Below are positions 1-11,844 of a stretch of DNA of 64,000 bases, piece after piece. How positions within the stretch are numbered: position 1 is the stretch's first letter; each line of letters starts with the position of its first letter. The stretch comes from Eukaryota sp. GEM-RC1 (lineage: Eukaryota). The stretch covers positions 558,001 to 622,000 of the forward strand of contig JAUFOQ010000010.1 of assembly GCA_040285855.1 (NCBI GenBank), written 5' to 3'. The notes beneath the pieces are model-generated. The model ran no database searches. It was not told where the DNA came from and worked only from the letters and a program-made list of their open reading frames with translations. The translations under genes were made by a program, and so were the position numbers.

Positions 1-312
1 GTTGTAACTGTGGTGTTGACAAAAAAATTATTCGGTAGGCAATAAGGTAACCTTTCGACAAAACTGAAAAATTGCAAAAACAAACAAACAGTACTAAGAT
101 TAAATCCAAACGACTTCATCACCACCAGGTATAAGATTAAAGTATTAACTGTTAACATATTGGTTGTAAAAGAAAGAAGATCATTGATCTTGTCTGATCA
201 ACAGCTCATCATTTGCGTCATTCTTGGATTTCGCAAAACATTAGTGTAAATTTTTACAACAAGATTGTAGATATGTATAACAAAATTGATGTACGTTGTA
301 CTTTATAAAAGT

Positions 313-1055
313 TCAATCTAAAAAGGGATATAAGTTGTTAACATGAACTAACAAAAGATTGTTTCCTGTTTCTGTCAGTCTCCCAATAGAAAACGCAATC
401 ATGAACCGGGCAGAATAATAAAAAGGTAGACCTGGGACACGGTTAACATATGTTTTTTCGACAAACTGATCTCGAGCAACAAAAATATCAGAAATGTAAA
501 ACATCACTGCTCCACAAATAACCAGAAATCTTGCAGTCCCATTCTTGGTACTACTTCCTAGTGCACCAGCAGAAGAAACCATGATGGTTATGACGACGAG
601 ATAAGCGACAACAGGAACCAGCATTTCTCCTACGTGAGGTTGTAGCCATATGAACAACCCCGTGCTAACCAAAAGGCTTCCGCCTGCTGAAATGTAAAAC
701 AAGGAACCAGTTGATCCAAACTTAGAAAACGCCAATGTATACATGACATGGCCAGCAAGAAAAGTCAACAGACCGATGGTGAACATCATTCTATTCTCAA
801 AAAGATGAGAAAAACGTCACCGAAAAAACCAAAGACAGCTCCAGACAAGACGCGATAGTAGTAAGTTGAATCCTGGTGCGGCTGAATCAATGCCACTACA
901 ATAAAGAGCAGTGATAGAAACGGCTTTGTCAACAACATACCAAGGGTGTTTTCTGTTTTCTCAAAATACAGAAGTCCAAGCAAAAGTATAGGTGCGACTA
1001 AGACAATAGAACGATAAAGGTATGCTGTAAGTGTTGATTTACAGTTTGTCCTCAT
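313..1055 (-). CDS. YhhN/TMEM86 (lysoplasmalogenase) family membrane protein, split by one frameshift near 800
   Basis: ORFs 786..1064 and 313..789 carry TKP, GDVFL, FLAGHVMY and GAVMFYISD motifs. One extra T in the T5 run (~799-803) joins them as LIFFENRMMFTIG. First ATG at 1055. Confidence 0.8.
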
Positions 1056-1816
1056 GAAGCTCAAGAGAATGGACCTACCCTACTAACAGTGGAATGAATC
1101 GAATCATGAAACATCTACAGTTATCTCATTCACTTTTGATATGATACCAAGTGTTTAACATAAAATAACATCACAGAATCACACAACCTCGTTTCTAGTA
1201 TTCTGTGCTGGTGAATAGTCCAAAGAAAATGCGCTTTTCATCCACTATCTAAGAGTGGTTAGGTAACTGAGTGCAGTGTTCACGCATCAAAACAGACTAT
1301 AACGGAGATAGAAGAGGTTCAACTTTGCCGTGGAAACCATTATCTGAACATAGATAAACACTGATCACGAACATTAGTATTTTCATTTAATTCAATACTA
1401 TTAAGAGTGTGAAAAGGAAATACGTGTAGCTGTTGTGGTAATGTCTTTTTTTTCGAGACAAAAGACGTCACTTTGTTCTATTAGAAATAGTTTTGGTACT
1501 GTTTCCTGTGCATCTTTAGTTTGTGCAATAAGTTTGATTCCCTGTCAACTAATTCCCTTCTAAACTGACAAAGTGTACATCTATAGAGTATGTTCTGTAG
1601 TTGTAGAGGGCTGGCTGCAGATTTAGAACATCTAGATTCATCAATGATCACCTTCAAAAATTGTCACCAAATGCAAGTCTGCTCATCTGAAAAACGTGTT
1701 TGCTCCCCACAGTCCATATATCTCTACGTATCCAGTGAAACCCTTGTCTGTCTAAAGCCTGCGAACAAGATCCAGATAATTCCTCCAACTTACCGCCTTC
1801 TGACGACGAAAGTATC

Positions 1817-3118
1817 ATGAATCCCCCACTTGATGACACGAAACCCTCTACTTCTCTCCAATCTCGAGATCAATGTTCACTTTCCACTGGGAGGACAAAG
1901 CTATCTTCATCTTCTCTTCCTTCTCCCTCCACTCACTCTTCCACTGTAAGTCCTGACAAGAGAGAAAGTTGCCTACATTTTCAACAATCTCTGTTGATTT
2001 CGATCCATCTTCACTTGTTACGACGACTTCTAACGACTTCTATCATAGTCGAACATTTTGAACATTGTTATTCTTTTCTCATTTTAAAGAGAGATCTACC
2101 TACGATCTTTACCAAAGTCGGTTATTTAAGTCGTCATTTTTTTGAATCTGCTTTTCTAGCAGTTGGGGTGTTTTTCCAGACAAACACGGTTTATGTCAAG
2201 TCTAAAGATATTCGTCAATTATATTCAGTTGCTGCTTTATTTGGAGCTCATGTAACTTCTATCTTCTTGTACGTAAATGAAACCTTTAAAGTTGAAGATT
2301 GTCTTGAATATTCTAATGTAATTTCAGGATTGGATATTTATTGCGATTGCCGTAAAGATTTAGAAGTTTTGAACAAGTCTTCTATTTACTTTCCATGTCT
2401 TGACCAACTTCATGTGCATATTGATAGATCTATTTTTATGACATTGCTCGAATTGTTAAAAGTGAATACTACGGCTACGTTTACAAGTATTAGTTTCAGT
2501 TTCAACTTCATTGGAGATGAAGGCGCTTTAGCTTTGGCAGATGTTTTAAAAGTCAATACTTCAATTAAACGTATTGAACTTTCGCATAATGATATCGGTC
2601 ATGAAGGAACTTTTGCTTTAGCAGGGGTATTGAAAGTTAACACCACAATCACAAACATCAACCTCATGTCTAACTCTATTGGAGATCAGGGGGCTCTAGC
2701 ATTAGCAGAGGCGTTGAAAGTAAATAATTCAGTTGTTGTTGTCAAGCTATGGTACAACTCTATTGGAGCTTTAGGTGCCAGAGCTTTAGCAGAAGCATTG
2801 CTAGTCAAAACTACTATTTCAAGTATACTTCTGGGTGGAAACAACATCGGAGTTGAAGGTGCTAGCGCCTTGGCAGATGCGTTGAAAATTAATACTACAA
2901 TGACCAGTGTTGAGTTAAGCGGAAACTCTATAGGAGATGAAGGCGCTAGAACATTGTCGGAAATGTTAAAAGTTAATACTACACTTACACGAGTTAGTCT
3001 GTGGAACAATTCTATTGGAGTTGAAGGTGCTAATGCTTTGGCAGATGCTTTAAAAGTTAACAGCAAAGTAAAAATTGAAGGGGTAGACCAACTTGATCTA
3101 AGTAAGAGATCTAAGTAA
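1817..3118 (+). CDS. LRR protein (RI/NLRC3-like 28-aa repeats) with Ser-rich N-terminus and conserved pre-LRR domain
   Basis: About 7 repeats of LxxNxIGDEGAxALAxALKVN. Homology to the 5538 paralog extends upstream of the ATG, so the start is uncertain. Confidence 0.85.
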   Translation: MNPPLDDTKPSTSLQSRDQCSLSTGRTKLSSSSLPSPSTHSSTVSPDKRESCLHFQQSLLISIHLHLLRRLLTTSIIVEHFEHCYSFLILKRDLPTIFTKVGYLSRHFFESAFLAVGVFFQTNTVYVKSKDIRQLYSVAALFGAHVTSIFLYVNETFKVEDCLEYSNVISGLDIYCDCRKDLEVLNKSSIYFPCLDQLHVHIDRSIFMTLLELLKVNTTATFTSISFSFNFIGDEGALALADVLKVNTSIKRIELSHNDIGHEGTFALAGVLKVNTTITNINLMSNSIGDQGALALAEALKVNNSVVVVKLWYNSIGALGARALAEALLVKTTISSILLGGNNIGVEGASALADALKINTTMTSVELSGNSIGDEGARTLSEMLKVNTTLTRVSLWNNSIGVEGANALADALKVNSKVKIEGVDQLDLSKRSK

Positions 3119-5039
3119 AATTAAATACTGCTGGTGGTGCAGGATCAGGTTCCTTTTTCAAGAGCAGTGAACTTTCTTTTTTAAAGGCGATTTAATGATT
3201 TCGGTAATACCAGAGTTATGTATGTAACATACAAGATTGTTGTTGTAATCTTATACATATTGTTGTTTGGAATATGCGCAATCGTTTAGTGGTAGAACAT
3301 CAGCCTAGAGAGTAGAGTTTCAGCCTGATACATGAAATACACAGGTGACGTTAGAGCTGTTTACTCGGTAATGAGAGATGTAACTCTGGTCAAAAATAAT
3401 ACTTCATATACATGTATATTAATTTTTATAAGTCTCAATTAATTGATGTAAATTCTACACGTACGCGATACTTTTCAGGGTTAAAGAATAGATCACACTG
3501 GAAGTGGTAACTGGAATTCTGAGAATCTATTCTTTCCTTAGATCTGAGTCAATGTCTCCTTCTTTTGGAAGAAATAGATCTTCAGAACATTGCTGAATTC
3601 GATAGGTCTAGGAATATGATGTACAGTGACTCTGTCCCATATTGTGAATGTGGTAGAAAACAATTTCAACTACTATAATCATATCGAACAGCTTATTGAT
3701 CCAATACTCTCATAATTTCGAGCTGCGAAATGAGATTTATGAATCAACATTAAGAATTAAATTAACCATGTCGGTTGGCCATTTCTACTCCAGAAAAGAA
3801 TGATGCGAAAGTTGTTCATTTTGTCATATCCATGTATGTCTCAGCTAGTCCAGAGAATCTTCCGACAATGTTCATCTCAGGGTTATAAAGACTTGGTGTT
3901 TGCTGGTTCATACTTGTCCAAGTCATCACTTCCTTTATTCCAAAACTTCAACGAGTACTGAGTACTTCTAAACGATGACAGTAGTTAGTCTTGGAAAAAC
4001 TCCATACTCGTCCAGAGTCAATGAAAAATCTTGTCAACTCTACAATGCAAACACAAAAGCGCAGCATGAAGCATTTTCATGAGGGGAACGAGTAATGTCA
4101 TTGTATCGGTATTATTCATGGTGTGACTTGACTATCCAGGCCCTCTCATAAGATAATTTAAAATAATTTGAACATCAAAAAGTACCAAAAATAAATGTGA
4201 AATAAATATAATTCGAACAAAATAAAAACCAAATATTGCATTAGTACATTTTCTCTCAGTCACTATCGATGAATACACAATCCATTTGATTATCTCTTTC
4301 TTGTCGAAATAGGTTAGTTGACTTTCTGCTTCGTATGAGTGCTCTAACTGTGTCGTCTTTCCATAGAGATCTGTGGATCTTCACATTAGTTCAATATAGC
4401 ATCGTGGACAACCATGAGAATCGTTCACTAATCATGCCCGGATATAGCCGTTGGACTGGCTTAGAACACAGGTTAGGTTCGACATAGAAATAGCAAAGTT
4501 TGAGGAAAAATGACTTGACTTTGATTCTGGGCTGTGCTTGAGTATTTCACACTTCGTGTTTCAAGTCAATCAACGATCTTGAGCACTAAACTAACTCATG
4601 TAATATAGAGATCAATGAAGTTTACTTTCCCACATCTTTTTTATATTTCTTCATATTTTGTTTTATTTTGTACTATTTGCATGATCGTGAAAAAAGCTCA
4701 AAAATAAGTAGAAATAGAAATAAATAGAATATAATTTTGAATCATAAGTGTAAAGTAAATGAACAAATAATTTTGGTTGAAGTGATTTGACAACATATCT
4801 TTGGAAACACAGAACCTCAAAAAATATAATACAAAAAAGTACAAAAAATACATATAGAAAAGTGTAGTTCCAAACAATGTGTTCAAATAAAATGTGCAGA
4901 AACGTGCGGCCGTATTTTGATAAACGTTTTGTTTGGAAAAGTTTGTGCTCTTGAACCTTGATTTAACCATGATTTAATATTATAAATTAACGAAATACAA
5001 ACAACTAGTACTTTAAACATATTAAATGATCCACATCTA

Positions 5040-5520
5040 AGAACCTAAGGAAAAAACAATGCGATTGCGCCAAAGAGTCTGATTAAAATTTTTCCTATGG
5101 TCACGGCACAACTTTGAAAATGCATCAAAGAACTTTTCAGTAGCAAATCCAATATTACCAAGAATTGAAATAGCAAAAGGAATGAAACTTAAAAGAAGAA
5201 TACAAATTGGAATTCAGTTTGATCATTGTGTCAGAATATGTACTAATTTTTTCTTTTTTTGAGCTTTGGATAAATGATTTTCAGTATCACTCGAAACTGA
5301 ATTCAAACATACTTTAGCACATGGATCAACAGTAGTCAAATCTATCACAGCTTGACATGAATCAAGATATGGAGTAATGAGATCACGTTCGTTGTCGAGA
5401 ATTGGTAATATTATCATCACTATAACGCTTAAGAAGAGGTTCGATTTTACCATTAAACCCGTGACATTTAAACATTTCATACGTAACGTCACGAACAGCA
5501 TTGTGTAAAATCGATCTAGA
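5040..5520 (-). mobile_element. Decayed non-LTR retrotransposon 3' fragment (restriction-like endonuclease region)
   Basis: Minus strand reads, across frames: HNAVRD...KIEPLL...RDLITP...DLTTVDPC...IPFAISILGNIG. Homologous to the 17990-18240 segment. Confidence 0.6.
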
Positions 5521-5537
5521 AGAAACCTTGGTTTCAA

Positions 5538-6956
5538 ATGCAACACACTGATCTCATGTTCGCTTCCCCACAGTGTACAGTAAAATCTTTGCCTAGAGCC
5601 TTCGAGCAAGACTCATATAAGTCCTCCCACTTACCACCTTCTGACGATGAAAGTGTCAGGACTCCCATACTTGACGACACGAAACCCTCTACTTCTCTTC
5701 AATCTCGAGATCAATGTTCACTCTCTATTGGGAGGACTATGCTATCTTCTCATTCCCATCCTTCAATTTCCACTCACTCTACCACGGACAGTCCTGACAC
5801 GAGCATTAAGTTCTTACATTTTCAGCAATCTCTGTTGATTTCGATACATCTTCACTTGTTAGGACGACTTCCACAGACTTCCAGCATTGTCAAACATTAT
5901 GGACCGTGTTTTCCTTATCTTGATTTAGTGAAAAATTTACCTACATTCTTCTACAAAGTTGGTTATTTAAGTCGTCATTTCTTTGAATCTGCTTTTCAAG
6001 CAGTTGGGGTGTTTTTTCAAACAAACACGCTGTATCTGGAATCTAAAGATATTCACCAACTCTTTTCATTTGCTTCTTTATTTGGAGCTGATGTAACTTC
6101 TATTTTTCTGGACGTAGACGGGACCTTTAAAGTTGAAGATTATCTTGAATATTCTAGTGTAATTTCAGGTCTGGATGTTTATTGCGATTGCCGCAAAGAT
6201 TTAGAAGTTTTGAATGAGACGTCTATCTACTTTCCACGTCTTGACCAACTTCATGTACATATCGAAAGAACTATATATGCAGATTTGGTCGAGTTATTGA
6301 AGGTTAACACTACAGTTACATGCATTGGTCTCAGTTTCAAAGATATTAGAGATGAAGGTGCTATAGCTTTGGCAGATGTTTTAAAAGTTAATACTACAGT
6401 TAAACGTGTTGAACTTTCGCATAATGATATCGGTTATGAAGGTATCTTTGCTTTGTCAGAGGCATTGAAAGTTAACACTACAGTTACCCGTATTAATCTT
6501 ATGTCCAATTTTGTTGGAGAACAAGGGGGTGCTCAATTTTTAGCAGATGCATTGAAAGTCAATACCTCCGTTACAAGTGTTGATTTAGCCACAAACTTTA
6601 TTGGAGATGAAGGTGCTAGCGCCTTGGCAGATGCATTGAAGATCAATACTGCAATTACTAGTGTTGATTTAAGTGAAAACGGTATTGGAGATGAAGGTGC
6701 TAGCGCCTTGGCAGATGCATTGAAGGTCAATACTGCAATTACTAGTGTTGATTTAGGTGGAAACTCCATAGGAGATGAAGGTGCTAGAAAATTGTCGGAA
6801 ATGTTAAAAGTTAATACTACACTTACACGAGTTAGTCTGTGGAACAATTCTATTGGAGTTGAAGGTGCTGATGCTTTGGCTGATGCTTTAAAAGTTAACA
6901 CTTTTGTTTCATTAGAAGGCGTAGACCAACTTGATCTAAGTAAGAGATCTAAGTGA
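5538..6956 (+). CDS. LRR protein, tandem paralog of 1817..3118
   Basis: Same N-terminal motif (DDTKPSTSLQSRDQCSLS), same pre-LRR domain and identical C-terminus EGVDQLDLSKRSK. Confidence 0.85.
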   Translation: MQHTDLMFASPQCTVKSLPRAFEQDSYKSSHLPPSDDESVRTPILDDTKPSTSLQSRDQCSLSIGRTMLSSHSHPSISTHSTTDSPDTSIKFLHFQQSLLISIHLHLLGRLPQTSSIVKHYGPCFPYLDLVKNLPTFFYKVGYLSRHFFESAFQAVGVFFQTNTLYLESKDIHQLFSFASLFGADVTSIFLDVDGTFKVEDYLEYSSVISGLDVYCDCRKDLEVLNETSIYFPRLDQLHVHIERTIYADLVELLKVNTTVTCIGLSFKDIRDEGAIALADVLKVNTTVKRVELSHNDIGYEGIFALSEALKVNTTVTRINLMSNFVGEQGGAQFLADALKVNTSVTSVDLATNFIGDEGASALADALKINTAITSVDLSENGIGDEGASALADALKVNTAITSVDLGGNSIGDEGARKLSEMLKVNTTLTRVSLWNNSIGVEGADALADALKVNTFVSLEGVDQLDLSKRSK

Positions 6957-7870
6957 AGATTCAATAGATTCTCTTAGTTTATGAGTTCTGTATGTAACAT
7001 AAAAGATTGTTTGTTTAATGATCTTATGATTGGTTTTTGGAATACACCATACTTCTATTTCATAGTTTACTTTATTTTAATAGTTAACAGTGGTACATGA
7101 ATTCAATATCATGTGGTGGAGCTTTTTCCTCTGTAATGACGAATGATATGCTTATTTGTACTGCATAGTAAGATGAAAAACTAGTCATAACAACTAAATA
7201 TAGTGTTGATTTTGTGATGTTTGAACAATCTGTCAGAAGAACATGTAAGATCGTCACTCAGCATGTTGCATTGGGTTAAAACCACACCTAGATATCGATA
7301 GTGAGAACGAAATGTCTGGCCAACTCAATGTTTCGCTTAAATTCACGTTAAACTTACCTTATAAATTGCATGTACATGTATCTTATATGTAGTAATGTTA
7401 ATGAAAAATCTCAGAGGTGATCAGTTAGTTTAGACCAAAAACAGTCTAATTCAGCAATTTGAACAGTTTGGTTGATACAATTACATGATCAGAGTCCTGT
7501 ATTAAAAACCAAGATTTGGATAATGATAAATGGTAGTGTTGCAAATCCAAAACACTTGGTATTGATTTTGATCAAAAAGAACCAATTTGGATGTACCAAT
7601 AAGGAGGATCATTAAGATTCTATTAGGAATGCTTGATTACTGGGATATGTGTAGATAACATAACCTAGGGATGTGTGAATTCTCCTCAAACAATACATTT
7701 TACAAGTGAACAATTTTGACAGAACTACAACTCGACTCCAACTCATATAAATTTGGAGTGAAGTGAAGCTTCGAGTCTTGGAGTAGAACTCGAGTGGAGT
7801 TTTGCCCACACCTAACATAACCTAATATGGAGAACACATTTGGACACATTTCTTTTGTTTTTTTGATCAG

Positions 7871-9949
7871 ATGGGCTCTGAAAATAGAACTGTTGCCGCA
7901 CATTCCTTAGAACAGAGTGGTTTTCCTACTCATTCCCCTACTTCAAACGCTGAACCACAAGTCCATGTCTATAGTATACGTCCAGTTCATGAACAGTATG
8001 AACTTCCTTCTGAGGCCCCCTTCACTGCCGAAATCGTCATTGATGCAAACAATGTAACAGAAATCGACATTAAGCATGCTTTCTCATCTCTTCCCGTAAC
8101 AGGAATACGATCTCCTCCCAATACACCAGGTCAGTTCTTTATCGTGTTTTCTGATGTTCAAGGACTCAAGCAATGTTTAGATCAGTACTGGATGTTTAAG
8201 ATCCATGGTTACCCTATCCGTACCTATGTAGCCTCTGCTCCTCAGTCTTCTGTTAAACCATTGAACGCTCTCTTCTGCTCTACTGCACCTGATTCTAAAT
8301 CTCATAAACTTCTCCCTTTGGCAGCTTCAAACAAATCTCCTTCATGCTTCATACAATTTGAACAGTTGCTGCTACACTCCGTCCTTGATCAACTATTGAA
8401 AAGTCTTTGTAAGTCTATTCTTCTTGAATGGAAACGTGATGAACCATGTCGTATTAACAACTTGAAACAAGAAGTGTTAACTTTCTTCAAAAAAGTTGGC
8501 TATGTAAGCCATCATTTCTTTGAATCTGCTCTTCTTGCAACCAAGGTGTTTTTCCAAAGAAACACCTTCCATTTAGCACCTGAAGATCTTCCCCAGATCT
8601 TTTCTTTTGCTTCCTTTTTGGAAGCAGATATTGCGTTTATTTTCTTACACATAGACGGGGTATTTAGCTCTGAAGAATTTCTCGATTATTCTAATGTAAT
8701 TTCAGGATTGGAATTGAAATTAGAAGATCACAATGACTTGGAGTTTCTTGACAAGTCTTTATTGTCTTATCCACAACTTAATCAACTTGAGGTGCACGTT
8801 CACCGCTCCATTTCTATGGAATTAATCGAATTGTTAAAAGTTAATACCATAATTACTAGTGTTGATCTGAATCGTTGCTGCCTTGAAGATGAAGGCGCTA
8901 GAGCTCTGGCCGAGGCGTTGAAAGTGAATACGTCACTTACAAGTGTCTGTTTGATTAGGAACTCTATCGAAGATGAAGGCGCTAGAGCTCTGGCCGAGGC
9001 GTTAAAAGTTAACGCTACTTTGACAAGTATTAATTTATTGGGGAACTCTATCGAAGCTGGAGGCGCTAGAGCATTGGCTGAGGCGTTGAAGGTAAATTCA
9101 ACATGCACAAATCTTAATCTGCAAAACAACTGTATCAGAGATGAAGGTGCTATGGCATTGGCAAATGCGTTGAAGGTAAATTCAACATGCGCAAATCTTA
9201 ATCTGCAAAACAACTCTATTGGAGCTGAAGGTGTCGGAGCATTGGCGGAGGCGTTGAAGGTAAATTCAACACTTACAACTGTTAATCTGACTAGAAACTC
9301 TATAAGAGATGAAGGTGCCAGAGCATTGGCGGAGGCGTTGAAGGTAAATACCACACTTACAACTGTTAATCTGACTAGAAACTCTATAAGAGATGAAGGT
9401 GCCAGAGCATTGGCGGAGGCGTTGAAGCTAAATTCAACATGCTCAAATCTTAACCTGCAAAACAACTCTATTGGAGCTGAAGGTGCCAGAGCCTTAGCAG
9501 AGATGTTAAAAGTAAATGCCACAATGACAAGTATTAATTTGGAGGAAACCTGTATTGAAGATGAAGGTGCAAGAGCCTTAGCAGCGATGTTAAAAGTTAA
9601 TAGTACAATTGTAAGTATTAATCTAAATGATGCCTCTATTGGAGCTGAAGGTGCTAGCAGTTTGGCAGAAGCGTTAAAAGTTAACACTACAATTACCAAT
9701 GTTGATATGGGGAACAATTGCCTCAGAGATGAAGGTGCCAGAGCTTTGGCAGAAGCGTTAAAAGTTAACACTTCGGTTACCACTATTGATCTCATGTGCA
9801 ACTCTATCGGAGATAAAGGCGCTAGAGCTTTGGCAGAAGCATTGAAACTGAATACGACAGTTACAAGTGTTGATTTGTATGGAAACTCTATTAGATCTGT
9901 AGGTGTTCGTGCATTGTTAGAGGAGTTGAAAATTGTAAATTTAAAATAG
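7871..9949 (+). CDS. RRM-like domain + pre-LRR domain + ~13 LRRs
   Basis: Intact 692-aa ORF with ATG. N-terminal LPSEAPFTA...FFIVFSDVQGLKQCL...IRTYVA resembles the eIF4B/eIF4H RRM; 28-aa LRRs follow. Confidence 0.88.
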   Translation: MGSENRTVAAHSLEQSGFPTHSPTSNAEPQVHVYSIRPVHEQYELPSEAPFTAEIVIDANNVTEIDIKHAFSSLPVTGIRSPPNTPGQFFIVFSDVQGLKQCLDQYWMFKIHGYPIRTYVASAPQSSVKPLNALFCSTAPDSKSHKLLPLAASNKSPSCFIQFEQLLLHSVLDQLLKSLCKSILLEWKRDEPCRINNLKQEVLTFFKKVGYVSHHFFESALLATKVFFQRNTFHLAPEDLPQIFSFASFLEADIAFIFLHIDGVFSSEEFLDYSNVISGLELKLEDHNDLEFLDKSLLSYPQLNQLEVHVHRSISMELIELLKVNTIITSVDLNRCCLEDEGARALAEALKVNTSLTSVCLIRNSIEDEGARALAEALKVNATLTSINLLGNSIEAGGARALAEALKVNSTCTNLNLQNNCIRDEGAMALANALKVNSTCANLNLQNNSIGAEGVGALAEALKVNSTLTTVNLTRNSIRDEGARALAEALKVNTTLTTVNLTRNSIRDEGARALAEALKLNSTCSNLNLQNNSIGAEGARALAEMLKVNATMTSINLEETCIEDEGARALAAMLKVNSTIVSINLNDASIGAEGASSLAEALKVNTTITNVDMGNNCLRDEGARALAEALKVNTSVTTIDLMCNSIGDKGARALAEALKLNTTVTSVDLYGNSIRSVGVRALLEELKIVNLK

Positions 9950-9994
9950 CGCATTCTTATATAGTTTGTCTATCTAAACAAATGTGTTATTTAC

Positions 9995-11213
9995 TAGTGT
10001 TACGAGAAACGTAAATAATCCACATATGATCTCTAACATTGTTACACCCATAGTACGGAAAAACACGTGTTCTTCCAGTTACAACACGTTCAGAACACGT
10101 TCACACTCAACACCGTGTTGAACACCGCTAAAACACCGCCACCCAACCACCCAAACTGTTCCTCCAATTCTCTCTTCAAAAGTGTTTGACCTTCAGTGAT
10201 CGAATACCTCCCTTCTATATGCATTCGTGACACAACCTTTACAATCGCATCATTACTAGTCACGATTATTTCCAGATGAATTGTGAGTATAAAGAAAAGA
10301 TATTTATGTATAAGACACAGTTCAAGAGCACCCACCTTGCTTCCAAGTCAAAAAATCACTTTCAGTGGTGCTGTAAATTGAAGCCAGTTTCTCCTTGAAC
10401 AATTTGGAGACTTAGATGAAGTTACCCACAAATTGTGAAGTGTATAGTTCAAATTTCTTGAAGCGCTAACTACTGTAGTGGATAAGTTGTATTCACGTTC
10501 AATCAGTGACTATCAATTCCAGATTCAAAGAGCTCCTATTTGTTCTCATCACCATTTATTCAGTAAAGAATGATATATTTGAAACTATTTTAATACGACA
10601 GCGTGAAACAATCAACAACTAAAAACACCGCAACTCACCCTTCAAAAAAATACAACACGTTCAGAACAAGTTCACACTCAACACCGTGTTCAAACACGCC
10701 CGGTGTTTTCCGTACTATGGTTACACCTGATGGTGCAAGGTTATACGGTTGTATTACAACTTTTGCAAATTTTAAAAATACATTGTGGTTATGTTATTTT
10801 TATATTAAGAAGTTAATAATATTATTGAATACATCAATCCAGTACATCACGTTAAGAAAGATGGTCAAAGTCGGTGGACGAATGAAAAGAAGTTTCTAGG
10901 ATTTATCATTAGTCATAGAAGTTGAAGAAGACGGAGAAGTTTTGGATGATTTAGTTCAACGACAGGGTGAAATTGCCAATATCCTTTTGGTGGCTTGAAA
11001 TTGAGTTTTAGGGTATTGTCTTCAGTACTCACTCACACAGTATCACAATTTGTAGTATTTAATGAGTTTCTGTAGTACAAAAAAAAGTTAAAACCATCCC
11101 CGAAATTTACGTTTCCAAAACGTATTTTACGTTTCCATGCCATTTCCATACTGGTATGTTTATTGGAAACGTTTCGGAAACGCTGAAACGTAGAAACGTT
11201 CCTCGCAACACTA
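9995..11213. mobile_element. Non-autonomous hAT-type DNA transposon (outer element)
   Basis: TIRs TAGTGTTACGAGAAACGT / ACGTTCCTCGCAACACTA (16/18 match); 8-bp TSD TTATTTAC at 9987-9994 and 11214-11221; subterminal GAAACG repeats. Confidence 0.85.
10049..10719. mobile_element. Non-autonomous hAT-type element nested in the outer element
   Basis: TIRs CATAGTACGGAAAA / TTTTCCGTACTATG; 8-bp TSD GTTACACC at 10041-10048 and 10720-10727; a ~45-bp AACAC-rich block repeated near both ends. Confidence 0.88.
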
Positions 11214-11844
11214 TTATTTACTATTCTGGTGTAAGTTTTTGACAAATGAGTTAAGTTGACACATCTAAAAATGAATACAATTCATGATAGTTCATTAAAA
11301 TAAAACTGTTATGTAAAACTTATTTTTTTCAGCTCGAAGAAGATAGAATCACTGGGGATTCAATTTTTTGTTTAAAAGTTATTATTATTGCAGTTGGTGT
11401 TGTGTGTATTTATGGAACAAAACAAGACTCTGAATATGTTTGTAGTCATCTTCGCAATGCATCAAGGGAAGTTACCTCCCTTGACTATAAAGATGGGCTT
11501 ACAATCCTAAAGTATGAAATTTTCTGTCGTTGGAGGTCGATTCTATCAACAAGTCAGTTTATAACGGCTCAACAACAAAAATTTATTGTGAAAAGGAAAC
11601 ATTGTAAGGAATTGCAGTTTGAGTGATAGAGTACAATCTTTATCGTGTTACTGAGAGAGAGATGTTTATTCGGCACCCAATAAGGTAACCTTTCTACAAA
11701 CTATGAAATTGTAAATCGTGTTACTTGTTGGGCCGTGTTACGTGTTAGCGATCACTGCATGTGCCATAATATCCTAAATGCAAATATGAATTTTTTCATC
11801 CTTATGTATCTCGAAGTAAAGAAAACATTGGGTTGAATACTTCT

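Noticed and set aside
3276..3350. Functional tRNA gene
   Set aside because: No T-arm or matching acceptor stem.
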